Assembly (NCBI RefSeq): GCF_006345805.1
Contig: NC_043005.1
Coordinates: 107,694,001 to 107,758,000, forward strand
Direction of reading: 5' to 3'
DNA length: 64,000 bases
DNA from: Octopus sinensis
Lineage: Eukaryota
Shown here: positions 12,735-25,182 of the stretch, one piece after another
Layout: each line of letters opens with the position of its first letter
Position numbering within the stretch: the stretch's first letter is position 1
The notes under the pieces: model-generated
The model's input: the letters and a program-made list of their open reading frames with translations, nothing else
What the model was told of the DNA's origin: nothing
Databases searched by the model: none
Translations under genes and position numbers: made by a program

Positions 12735-13830
12735 TATGATGCATTTGGACACATGATTGCTGCTGCTTCCTAAGGTCATTTGGTCTTTCGGGGTCATTCA
12801 GTCTCGAACAACTTCACCCAGGTTACCCATTCGAGGTTGATTAAATATCAGTATGTATCCAACTAATACTATAAATATTAGCAATAATTCTACCAGGCGT
12901 CGCATCTCCTTGAGATAAATTTCACTGCTTCCTCATCAAAGCTGGTGGCCCTCCACCTGCTACTTCTTGTGGTGCTATGCATGTTATAAGCTCTGCAGAG
13001 AGGCTGGCTTGCAAACCATCTGAATTTCATTTCGATTGGGCACATCTTTTTTGCCACGATTTGCTTTAGCATATCTCCATAGATTCCATATTTCCATATT
13101 TTTTCTTTTACTGTCATTTTCCATCCCGATGGGAGCTACCCAGGGAATCGGGAAGAACGATTTTTAGCCCTAGTTATGCTGAGGTGACAGTATCTGGAAA
13201 CTTCAGTGGCCTCCCGCACGTTGACTTTCAGCTTCTAGTCTTTTTGTCGTTTCAGGGAGACCCGAAGCAGTGGGCCTAGCAGTAGGTATCCTTTTCACAC
13301 TAGTATTGACAAAAGAATGATAAATGTATTCATCGTGCAGAGCCTGCGATTTTTCCAGTATAGCTCCATTTCCCAAAATTCATGCGCGCCAGTGCATGGT
13401 TCCCTCTTAACCAAGCTTTCTGGAGTTCCATCTTGTCACATTTGCTGGCTTGTTCCTTCCAACTCTTGATCAGTAGCCGCCTGTCATTTCCTTGCACTTT
13501 ATCACAATGTGGTGTTGTAGTACCTCCTAGGCCAAGCCCTTCACAAGTTACAACGCTCGCAAGCAGTTTGAAATCATGACAACCACTATTGCGTCTTACG
13601 TTTGTCCTGTTTCAACCATAATACAAGCATGAGAGACTTTAGGGTGCAGAAGTCTCGGTAATACAATTCCTTACCAGAACGCAACATTACAAATTCTTCT
13701 CTCCAGTAGCTGATATGGAGCTTAAATTTACTATTCTTTCCATTGTAGGGTGAAGTCTTTCAAGTGCCGAGTACCAGTGATTTACGCAGGAAACTACAAT
13801 CTCACCTCTCCCAATGCGTTCAACCGTGGA
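12735..13830 (-). mobile_element. Decayed HERO-like (R2 superfamily, RLE) non-LTR retrotransposon 3' end
   Basis: Minus-strand pieces GLGLGGTTTPHCDKVQGNDRRLLI, LQKAWLR, PLKFPDTVT and CPIEMKFRWFASQPLCRAYNM...RRCDAW resemble the HERO C-terminus (PVEVGCRGFA.QSLCRAY). The following ATCAACCTCGAATGGGTAACCTGGGTGA...GACCCCGAAAGACCAAATGACC...TGTGTCC resembles the HERO 3' UTR as recalled. Confidence 0.7.
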
Positions 13831-13959
13831 AATTAGGATATCTTATGCCAAGATATCATATGCCAAGAAATAAACAAATAATCTTCCAAACTGCGACGGC
13901 CAAGAGTTAAGGGTCATTTAGAAAAACAATGAAAAATGGAACAAGAACAAAAAAGAAAA

Positions 13960-14780
13960 CCTTACTATTAATTTTTTTTGTGAACATCCCGTTACTCCTG
14001 ACATCTGTTACCACCGGAATTAATCAATTTCTTGCAAAATGACGGAGTAATATTGTTCCATTCGTTTTCCAATAATTCCCAGAGTTCATCTTTGTTCTTT
14101 GGAATTTTTCTTCGCGTCCCATCTTCACTAATCTTCCAAATATTTACTATAGAGCTGATATCGGGACTTTAAGGTGGCCACTCCATGAGGTCAACCCCTT
14201 CATCACTCAAAAAATCTTTGACTCTTTGTAATGTGACAGAGAGCGTTGTCCTGCACGAAGATCTGCAGTCATTCACGAGATAACCTTTCACCACTTCTTC
14301 GTCAGACGTACATCCTGCCATCGGAACCAATCCCATTATACTTCGATTCTTCGCTAAAATTAACATGCGACCACTGTTCTTCTGTCCAAACATGTTCGTG
14401 AGCGAAACAAAACGGGATCTTTGATTCTTTTCGGTCATCAGATGTATTTTGCCGGTGCCAGAGCAAGCAACCCAAAATCTCGTAATTTCCAAGAATCAGT
14501 TTTGCACGATATGTTGACATTGAAAGTGGAGCTAAGCTTTCGGGATATCTCAGCAGCACTTCTAAACCTATCCTTCAGTGACTTTCTAACCATAAAACGA
14601 TCCTGTCTTGGTGAAGTTTTACAAGGTCTACCACTTTCAGGCTTAGCATCTATCGATCCTGATGACTTAGAACAACACTTCTTGACCTTCCTACCGTACA
14701 TAGTGCCATCAGACGGTGAACGCTTATCACCTTTAAGCTCATAAATATTATTATCGTTTACAGTGATGTCACTCGTCAAC
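13960..14780 (-). mobile_element. Tc1-family transposase remnant, internally deleted and frameshifted
   Basis: SGRPCKTSPRQDRFMVRKSLKDRFRSAAEISR (HTH), WTEEQWSHVNFSEESK..IGSDGRMYV (first catalytic D region), VKDFLSDEGVDLMEWPP/SPD and KNKDELWELLENEWNNI are canonical Tc1 motifs. Confidence 0.9.
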
Positions 14781-14809
14781 GTTCAACGCAGGAAACATAT
14801 ATCCATATA

Positions 14810-15530
<721 letters not shown>

Positions 15531-15962
15531 CAAGAACAGAGTTGTTTTTATTTAAGCAATACGAGAGTAAGTAGCCTTGATGCTTTATAACATTTTGTTT
15601 TATTCTTCTGTATTTTGAGGTTAAGTTATCCCAAGGAATATCGACTGTTCAAACTCGTTGATATTAATTAACCTTACACTAGTCTTTATAAGAAACGATA
15701 TGATAAGTGTACGACTTAATCGTTATCCAAATATTGTGTAGGACATTATACATCTTCAGCTTACCATTCGGTAATGCGAGAATTCAACAAAGCTCCGCTC
15801 ACATATGAAGCAAAGTTCAGTTCCCAGGAGACATTCCAGTCGTTGGCAATGACGAGCCACATCTTTTGATGGCTGCTTGGTCAGGCGGTCAAATGTCATT
15901 CTTACAGCAGAAAGGACTTTTAGGACTTTGGCGATCAGATCTATATATTCATACATACATAC

Positions 15963-15993
<31 letters not shown>

Positions 15994-16027
15994 CATACAT
16001 ACATACATGCATACAAATATACATACG

Positions 16028-16076
<49 letters not shown>

Positions 16077-16180
16077 TATATATATATATATACACGTATA
16101 TATACGTATATATATACGTATATATACATATATATAATATATATATATATTATATAATATATATATAATATATATTATAT

Positions 16181-16581
16181 ACTCTTTACTCTTTTACTTT
16201 TTTACTTGTTTCAGTAATTTGACTGCAGCCATGCAGGCGCACCGCCTTTAGTCGAGGAAATCGACCCCCAGGACTTATTCTTTGTAAGCCTAGTACTTAT
16301 TCTATCGGTCTCTTTTGCCGAACCGCTAAGTTACGGGGACGTAAACACACCAGCATCGGTTGTCAAGCGATGTTGGAGGGACAAACACAGACACTCAAAC
16401 ATATACACACACATATATATATATACATATATATGACGGGCTTCTTTCAGTTTCCGTCTACCAAATCCACTTACAAGGCTTTGGTCGGCCCGAGACTATG
16501 GTAGAAAACACTTGTTCAAGGTGCCACGCAGTGAGACTTAACCCGGAATCATGTGGTTGGTAAGCAAGCTACTTACCACAC
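16181..16581 (-). mobile_element. Near full-length tRNA-derived SINE family A (CORE-like centre, internal CA/TA microsatellite)
   Basis: Minus strand starts GTGTGGTAAGTAGCTTGCT...CCGGGTTAAGTC (A/B-box-like), then GCGTGGCACCTTGAACAAGTG (CORE-like), and ends in (GTAAAAGA)n. Other copies at 935 and 46330. Confidence 0.85.
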
Positions 16582-17167
16582 ATATATATACATACATATA
16601 ATATTATTATCATTATTAAAAATAACAATACTAATAAAGTGGCTGGCAAGTTTAACCTAAATAGGCAAAATATGAAAAATAAATTAGGGTACCGAAATAT
16701 CCACATTGCTAAAATAGGTCTTAACATTCAAAAGTTGCAAATTTCTCACTATTAAGAAACACGCACAGTGAAATGAATAGTTTGAAAAATAAATGAATGC
16801 TGTAAGCTGATGGATGATCCTTGAGTGTTAACGAACAAAAGTAAAATTAACTGATACCAAGGTATTGTTCTTGCTTTGTGGTTCACGCAAAGGTAAGGCC
16901 TATTTCTATTACATTTTTTGCATTGAACGTGCGTGTTTCTTAACTTGTTGACTTCTATTTCTAATAAGCTGATAATTCAACACCCTTATTTATTTGTTTG
17001 TATATATATATATACGTACATGCATGCATGCATAGGCACACACACACACATTGACCTTCACACATGCGCACAAACAAAGGAAAAGGAACGCAGTGTAAAT
17101 AGCGGACAGAGTCAAGGTTGCAAGACGCAACAAAAATTTTAGGAAAATAAAAATAAGAAGTTAGTGG

Positions 17168-17287
17168 AAAATTTTACCGATGAGTGTGTAACATTATAAG
17201 GCACAAAAAGAAAATGACTCTCCCCAGATACAACAGAATATGCTTCAACACACGAACTCATATAAAGAATCTTGCAAACCAAATCCA
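17168..17287 (+). repeat. ~120 bp dispersed repeat, second copy at 40519-40637
   Basis: ACATTATAAGGCACAAAAAGAAAATGACTCTC...ACACGAACTCATATAAAGAATCTTGCAAACCAAATCC is nearly identical at both sites. Confidence 0.85.
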
Positions 17288-17580
17288 AGAACAATATATA
17301 TATATGAACAGTCGAAGCGTTCCTGTCACAACCTGAACCTGATGAATGCTTAAATGCAAGGAAGTATACTAGTTCAATGAGAATAGACATTTAATATTTA
17401 ATTTTCAATATTTCATTTGTTCAATAAGACAATCAATACTTCATTTCATTTCTTTCTTACTATATATTCTATATTCTATTTTCTACATTAATATTATAAG
17501 AATATAAATAAAACATAAAAAACAGAGTTGGAATTCCTTTGAGTAATATATTACTGTATACACAATCATACAAACCCCTT

Positions 17581-17624
<44 letters not shown>

Positions 17625-18087
17625 CTGTGTTCCGTGTTCGTCCCTTCCTGTATTTCACGTTCATTATATATAAAAACATTCATTCTTATATATATATATA
17701 TACATACATATACACATCTGAGCGGACAAACGAAAGAAAATGGCGCTCAGTACATTGAGTAGGAGTTACATGTATTGCTGAAAACAGTTCGGTTCCGTGC
17801 TACTTCAAGAAACACACGGACACATACATACACATATATTTGTGTGTGTTTTTTCTATACGCCTGATTTTGCCAGAATTTTAAAATTTCTTAACGGATTG
17901 AATCTACTGAGATAAATTGTAAATTCTAGAAAACTCAAATACACAATCGAAATGCTTAAGATTCAAAATCAAACATCATCAATTAAATTCAATAAGGTGG
18001 GATGTTATTGTAATATTAATTGTTTCTGGAATTAAGGAATAAATATTTCACAGAATTAACGGCTCAATGAAATATTCTTTTCTCCTC

Positions 18088-18471
18088 TAGGTACAAGGCC
18101 TCAAATTTTGGGGGAGGGAGCCGCTCGATTAGATCGACCCCAGGACGCAACTGGTACTTTATTTATCAACCTCGAAAGTACGAAAGGCAAAGTCGACCTC
18201 GGCGGAATTTGAACTTAGAACGTAAAAGCAGCCAAAATACCTATTTCTTTATTACCCACAAGGTGCTAAACACAGAGAGGTCAAACAAGGACAGAGAAAT
18301 GGATTAAGTCGATTACATCGACCACAGTGCGTAACTGGTACTTAATTTATCGACCCCGAAAGGATGAAAGACAAAGTCGACCTCGGTGGAATTCGAACTC
18401 AGAACGTAATGGCAGACGAAATACGGCTATGCATTTCGCCCGGCGTGCTAACGGTTCTGCCATCTCGCCGC
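18088..18471 (-). mobile_element. tRNA-derived SINE family B, dimer
   Basis: Head GCGGCGAGATGGCAGAACCGTTAGCAC...GTTCTGAGTTCGAATTCC; core GTCGACTTTGTCTTTCATCCTTTCGGGGTCGATAAATTAAGTACCAG (resembles the Meta-SINE core as recalled); second unit is head-truncated. Confidence 0.85.
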
Positions 18472-19934
18472 TTTGGCTCAACGAAATATTAAGAATCTAA
18501 ATGTAAGAGCAATATTATAGGTGTGTGAATATCGATAAATGTGTATGTAATGATTAGTCCGTTTATGTGTGTGTATGTATATATTTCAAAGTAAATACAC
18601 ATGACTATGATTTTTCTCTGGGGAAGCGCTGATGGAATTATATATATAAAGTTGTATATAAATACCTCACCTTCATCAACAGGCACTATAATGAAGGGTA
18701 TGAGTTCAAAATTGTTATATTTAAATGTTGGCACTACTAACGTTCCTAAAACATCCAAAAGTTCCTAAAACACAAATGCCATGTGTCTGTGTATAAAATC
18801 TACACAGATAAAACATCCAGATTACGATAGAATATATCAATGTAACATAACTTATGAAATTATCTTTAAGAATTATATTAACAACTTCTTTGTCGAACTA
18901 CTCTGTCTGAATAAAGATTATTGGTACCCTCAATATCACGGAGACCATCTACGATGGAAATGCCTAAGTATTAAATCTGACTGCGGAAATCTGATTCAGA
19001 TCATACCATACCATTGCAAATTAGTAAGAGACATTAGTCCAGCATACGACTTAAAGAACATGATAATGACATCTAGAATGCCTTTCACTACAGCTGAATT
19101 GGGGCCAGGAAACCAACAACAAAAGGAAACTTTGTGTGGATCCCCATGTGTTAGATATAGCAGCCAAATGTCTCTCAGATAATACGAATAGGATTTAAAT
19201 TAAGGATACATTACACAATGGAGACAAAATCTGGACAACCATGGATGAAACGGTTTTTTCGTAGACCTAATCAGCGATTTGTTACAAAACAACAACTCTA
19301 TCTCCCCAGTAGCAGCAATATACGAATATTCCACTACAAGCACCACCAACATTACTAACAGAAATATTGACAGAGACAACACACTATACAGAAAATAACT
19401 GATAATTTTAAACCAATCAGAATATATTTATACAAACCTCAGCGCAAATATAATACTAAAACAACCATCAGAGAAAATAAACAAACACTAAAACAGTGAA
19501 ATTGACCAAAAATCAATGTTTTTATGCCAAACATAGCATGAATGATTTGAAATAGTAAATTCTTGATTAATTTCCGAAAGTTCAAAGAAATGTGAACTCT
19601 GTTACAACAACAAAAATAAAAGTTGTCAGAATTCCCACAAGATTCATTGCATAATTATAGTCAATAGTCAACATACATAAACATGAAAATAGATATAGTT
19701 GTATGCAAGGAAGTATTTATAAGTACGTGTATAATATGTGTGTGTGTGTGTCTGTGTGTGTATGTGATTGTGCAAGTGATTATACACGTATGTATATATG
19801 TATATGTATATGTAAAACAGTATGTACGTATATATAAAGATGCATACATTTAATCAATAATATAAAATATAAAAGAGGAAAATTAACACCAATCATATAT
19901 TTAATAAAACACCTATTTTCGGTAGACATATAAG

Positions 19935-19976
19935 TAATGTGTATGTTTGTGTGTATCTTTATATATACATATATAC

Positions 19977-20007
<31 letters not shown>

Positions 20008-20029
20008 ATATATATATATCTATATATAT

Positions 20030-20061
<32 letters not shown>

Positions 20062-20372
20062 CATATATAAATACATATATATAGAGAGAGAGACACACAC
20101 ATATATACGCACAAACTTAATATATACATATACATACATAATTATATATGTGTATGTATGTATGTACATACGTATACATATATGTGTTTGTGTGTATTTA
20201 TATATATATATATATATTCATACATATATTTATAGAGACACACATATATATATACGCACAAACATAATATATACATATACATACATGCATATATATGCAA
20301 ATATATATAACATATATACATATGCATACATATATATATGTGTATGTATATACATACATATGTATGTATGTA

Positions 20373-20419
<47 letters not shown>

Positions 20420-20480
20420 ATATATATATATATACTATATATATATATATCCTCATACATATATACGTATGAATCTCTAT
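19935..20480. repeat. (TA)n/(CA)n compound microsatellite
   Basis: Directly visible. Confidence 0.9.
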
Positions 20481-21616
20481 GCATACAAGAGTGAGAAACG
20501 TACTCAATACATAACATAGAGCTAATAATCATAAAATTTGAAAAAGTGTGATTTCACACATTCGTTACTGAGAATGCTGCCTACCGAATTTTGCCAATTC
20601 TAAAATGTCATGTAGAAAGTATAAACTTTGTTGAAGTGATATTTATGTATACTAATCTTCCCGATTTGGAAACTTACAATTTAAGATTTCATATTAAAAA
20701 TATAACTTATGACGAACAGTAAGAAATAATCTAATTTATAAAATGACAGAAGTAAAACTTAAAACAAACATTGTAAGACAAATGCGCAGACGATGGCGCA
20801 GTCTTGATCGGAAAGGAGGGGAAGAGCACAAGGTAAAGTAGGACAAGGGAAGGAGAAAAGGTAGCAATGTTATCAGAAAAGAAATAAGGGAACGTGATAA
20901 ATGGCAGAATAGGGAAACCGAAGGAAGAGAATAAGTTGTGGATGCTATGTGTTTGTATGTCTTCATAATATAACGTATTGTCTCAGATACAGAAATATTA
21001 TAAGTAAATATAACAGAAAACGTATGTATTTGATAGGGAAGGGAAAATTCATGAATCGAAGCACAAAATAAGAGAAGAAAAGCAGGCTTATGTTTGTATC
21101 CAGAAAATGAAAGAAAACATATTTGGGAGAATATAAGAAAGCATAGTAACCAGAGAGGAATAGTCTTATACATTTCTATGCTTGAGGGGATTAAAGGAAG
21201 CATGCAAGAAAAAAAGTGACTCACAAAAGATTAAAACGAAAAGAAAATGCGCGAAAAAAGTAAGGTGTAGCAAAGCATAATTTCTAACGGTGTAAGTAAA
21301 AGCTAATAAGTGGTTCTTAAATACTAAAAATCAGATTCAAAATTACAAGAGATGAAAAAGATCCAAGTTCTGAGAAAATAATACCAAGTTACCAAAATCC
21401 AAATTTTTCTACAAAATGACTTCTTTACTGAAAGTCTTTCACACAAAGATACAAGGTGGTTAGGACAAATATTAAAAAACTAATCTGAATATTTTAATCA
21501 ATCTCACGTTCTCATTTTGATTATATTTCAAAATAGTTCATTCATATGTTAAATTACTCAGAAGTGCCGAAGCAACACAACATAGAATTCCAGAGAATAT
21601 TACTCTTACGTGGCTA

Positions 21617-22622
21617 TTTTATTATTTTTATTATTATTATTCAGTAGTTTTATTTTTATAGCGTGCTTTCACTTCACTACCGAGCGCAGCTCTGTGTGCC
21701 TTGGGTATGTGCTGTGATTTGTTGTGATGCTCTGATGGTTATTGTATGGAAAGTGTTCTGCGTAGGATGTGTGCAGTGCCTAGTAGTGCAATTTTCTGTA
21801 TGTTATATGTGTTTGTAAGTCCTGGTGTTTTTGTTATGTATTTGTCTGAATATTTTTTTATCATGCCTAATGCAGCTACTATGATAGGAATGTTTCTGTT
21901 TTTAGATTCCACATTCTGGTTACCTCTATTTCCAGGTCTTTGTATTTTGAAAGTTTCTCCATTTCTTTTAGAGACACGTTGTCCTCTGCCAGTATTGATA
22001 CATCAATTAGAAAGCATTTTTTTTCTTCATGATCTCTGACAAGTATATCTGGTCTGTTGGCCTTAATTTCTCTATCTGTGTGTATCGGCATATCCCAGAG
22101 TATGGTTGCTTTCTCGTTTTCTGTGATCTTTTCTGGTGTGTGCCTATACCATCTTTTTTCTGTTGTTATTCCATAATGTTGGCATAGCTTCCAGTGTATG
22201 TAGGTTCCAACTTTGTCATGTCTGTGAATATATTCCTTCTTAGCCAGGACTGGGCAGCTAGAGATAATATGATTTATTGTTTCTTGTCCATCTCCACATA
22301 TTCTGCAGTTACTTGTTATATTTCTTTTCATTATATGTTTTTGGTAATTTCTGGTGGGGAGGCTTTGGTCTTGTGCTGCAATTAAAAATCCCTCTGTCTC
22401 TGCTTTGAATCCTGAGCTTCTCAACCATTGCTGGGATTTTTCTTTGTCTATTTCTTTTGCGTTTAGTTTAGTCCAGTATTTACCGTGGAGGGTTTTCTTT
22501 TGCCATCGTTTTATCATGGTTCGTTGCTGTTCTGTTTTTAGTCTGGATTTCATTTGTTTTATAGCTTTTGTTGTTTCTTCATTTTCTTCTTCTTCTTCAT
22601 CATATTTATTAGGTGGTATGAT
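21617..22622 (-). mobile_element. 5'-truncated R4/Dong-clade RLE non-LTR retrotransposon
   Basis: ORF 21879-22553 contains a CCHC knuckle (CRICGDGQETINHIISSC), RHD, and the RLE motif RPDILVRD...CFLIDVS...EKLSKY. It continues in another frame to ...LLGTAHILRRTLSIQ*, followed by a 3' UTR and (TAA)n tail; nearly intact. Confidence 0.92.
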
Positions 22623-22642
22623 TTAATTTATTATTATAATTA

Positions 22643-22690
<48 letters not shown>

Positions 22691-22691
22691 A

Positions 22692-22725
<34 letters not shown>

Positions 22726-22729
22726 ATTA

Positions 22730-22778
<49 letters not shown>
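22623..22778. repeat. (TTA)n microsatellite
   Basis: Directly visible. Confidence 0.95.
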
Positions 22779-23202
22779 TGAGTGAGAGAGCAGTGCATGC
22801 CATCAAAGTGACACTGGGGTAAAATATACGAAGCCCAATATACCCATCATGACTACCCGTCTGATAAAGGTACACTAGGCACATGCATCACAACCATATG
22901 TGCGCGACATGGTCATCTCATATCAAGATAAACAGCACATGACCTTGCAGGTGGGGCCCAGTTAGAATTTTCTTCAGGTTGAGTAGCCCATCCCGCTCAA
23001 AAGGTCCCTGAATAAGGGTTGTTTAAGGATGTTGAAATAACCACCCATGTTTCCAGAGGTGAATTATTCAAACCCCAAACAATCCCTCTCAACACATGGC
23101 TATAATGCTCCCCCACTAATTCTGCTCGTGATCAGAGATGCACATATCGTCAGCCACTAAGGGACATGCTCAACTGGTTAATGTCAAATAACTGACAAGC
23201 AA
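22779..23202 (-). mobile_element. Non-coding retroposon 3' segment with (TAA)n tail, copy 1
   Basis: Highly similar to 53531-53900; minus strand ends ...TGCTCTCTCACTCA(G/A)TAATAATAA; no ORF. Probably a LINE 3' UTR or non-autonomous element. Confidence 0.8.
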
Positions 23203-23637
23203 TTCCCCGGTCGTTTGACGTGGATTTTCATGAAGAATTTGATTTAATCATTCTTAATCGAATTCAATTTGACGACCGGTGTGTGATCCGTCCTTGAGGT
23301 CAAAATTCCCATTTTTGAAGCGCAAAAACCAACGGCGGGCAGTACGACAAAGCATTGCTCCTTCTCCATACACAGCACAAATCTCACGAGCAGCTTCGGC
23401 GGCGGTAACACCTCGATTAAATGCAAAAAGCAAATGGTGTCAAAATACTCAGTTTTGTCCACTTGACATTCCGTTTTGATGATCTGAAAATACACATAAA
23501 GTCAATAAAATTAAAAAATCAGAACACACTGTATTGTAGAACAACAAATTCTTTTTTAATCACATAAAGCATTTTGCCAAAACGCTTTATTTCTGCGTGC
23601 ATTTTAAAATTTGAAACAAAAAACACTCAACCCAATA
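23203..23637 (-). mobile_element. mariner 5' half (TIR plus transposase N-terminus)
   Basis: MECQVDKTEYF/HHLLFAFNRGVTAAEAAREICAVYGEGAM..RTARRWFLRFKNGNFDLKD.SHTGR; the minus strand begins TATTGGGTTG, a typical mariner TIR start. Confidence 0.85.
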
Positions 23638-24193
23638 TATCTCTTTCACAATACATTTAGACACCGCTAACACATCAACAACGGATGCAGCAACGAGAAT
23701 AACCAGTAGAGGGGAGATGTTGGTTTGTAGTATGATCTGCAATGGCCTACTAACAGTCATTAGGTAGGATAAATATCAGAACAGAGATTTGTGACTTGCT
23801 GTACGAAACAGCGGATTTTTTGTCAAATATATAATATTTAAAAGTTGACCACAGCTGACAGCAAAGAGAAAACTCGCAGCAAGTAGTAAATCAAAATATT
23901 TTCTCTAATGCTTTTAATTACTACAGCTGCATTACTTCCCGTGTGATGGCTACAGGGATAATAATCAGAAGAAAACACCCTACATCGTGGGATAACAGAA
24001 CCTGGACACTCCCTGAGAACTCCAATGCTCTTGATCCTACCGAAGAAATTTAATGTCAAAACTGCTAAAACAGAAATAATCGTCCCTCGACATCTGGTGG
24101 CGGGAATGTCCAGCATTACAATCTGTATATAAAATGTCATATGGAAAAATATTTATATGCATATCTGTATAAGACTTATGCTCAAATATATAT

Positions 24194-24247
<54 letters not shown>

Positions 24248-24249
24248 GT

Positions 24250-24470
24250 TAATCCAAGCAAGAAAACGCAAAAAACAAAACAAAAACACAACAACGCGAG
24301 GACGTGGAACAAATAAAGTATTATTGGACGCTCAGGAAAGAAGGGAAGAAGGAGGGTTTAACGTTTCGAGCGGAGCTCTTCGTCGGAAACAGATGAGAAG
24401 GAAAGATCGCGAGAAGGGAAGACAGAGGAAACAAATCGCCAGCGGTACTCACGAGGTTACATATATATAT
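24250..24470 (-). mobile_element. Penelope-like element terminus with hammerhead-like core (best-preserved copy)
   Basis: Minus strand GTTT-CCGACGA-A-GAGC-TCC-GCTC-GAAAC-GTT-AAAC at 24356-24390. Confidence 0.6.
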
Positions 24471-24595
24471 ATGTATGTATGTATATATGTAGGCACACAT
24501 ACACACACTTGTGTATACGCATTGCTGCGCACATGTATTTCAGCGAGACTGATGAAGCTGCGGTCGAAAATAGCAGCAATATTTAAATTCACAAA

Positions 24596-25182
24596 GGCGG
24601 CGAACTGGAAAAATCTTTTAGTACGCCGAGCAAAATGTTCAACGGTATTGTCTTTCTTTGGGTTCTGAGTTCAAGTCCCAACGAATTCGACTTTGCCTTT
24701 CATCCTTTCGGGGTCGATTGAATAAGTACCAGTTACGCACTGCGGTCGATATAAGCGACTTAATCCGTTTGTCTGTCCTTGTTTGTCCTCTCTGTGTTTA
24801 GCCCCTGTGGGTAGTAAAGAAATTGAAATAGGTATTTCGTCTGTCTTTACGTTCTGAGTTCAAATTCCGTCAAGGTTGACTTTGCCTTTTATCTTTTCGA
24901 GGTCGATAAATTAAGTACCAGTTACGCACTGGGGTCGATATAATCGACTTAAACCGTTTGTCTGTCCTTGTTTGTCCTCTCTGTGTTTATCCCCATGTGG
25001 GTGGTAAAGAAGTAGGTATTTTGTCTTTCTTTACGTTCTGAGTTCAAGTTCCAACGAAGTCGACTTTGCTTTTCATCCTTTCGGGGTCGATAAATAAGTA
25101 CTAGCTGAGTGCAGAATTTGCTCTAATCGAATTATTCCCCTTCACCTACAAAATTGCTGGCCTAGTGCCAAAATTTGAAACC
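24596..25182 (+). mobile_element. SINE family B trimer
   Basis: One head followed by two head-truncated ~180 bp units joined at AGGTATTT(C/T)GTCT; the last unit has the alternative tail ...AAATTGCTGGCCTAGTGCCAAAATTTGAAACC. Confidence 0.85.

Noticed and set aside
18781-19330. 133-aa plus-strand ORF
   Set aside because: No recognisable domain or splice signals; left unassigned.
24596-25182. Regularly spaced repeats suggestive of a CRISPR array
   Set aside because: Units are ~180 bp SINE monomers without unique spacers; eukaryotic context, no cas genes.
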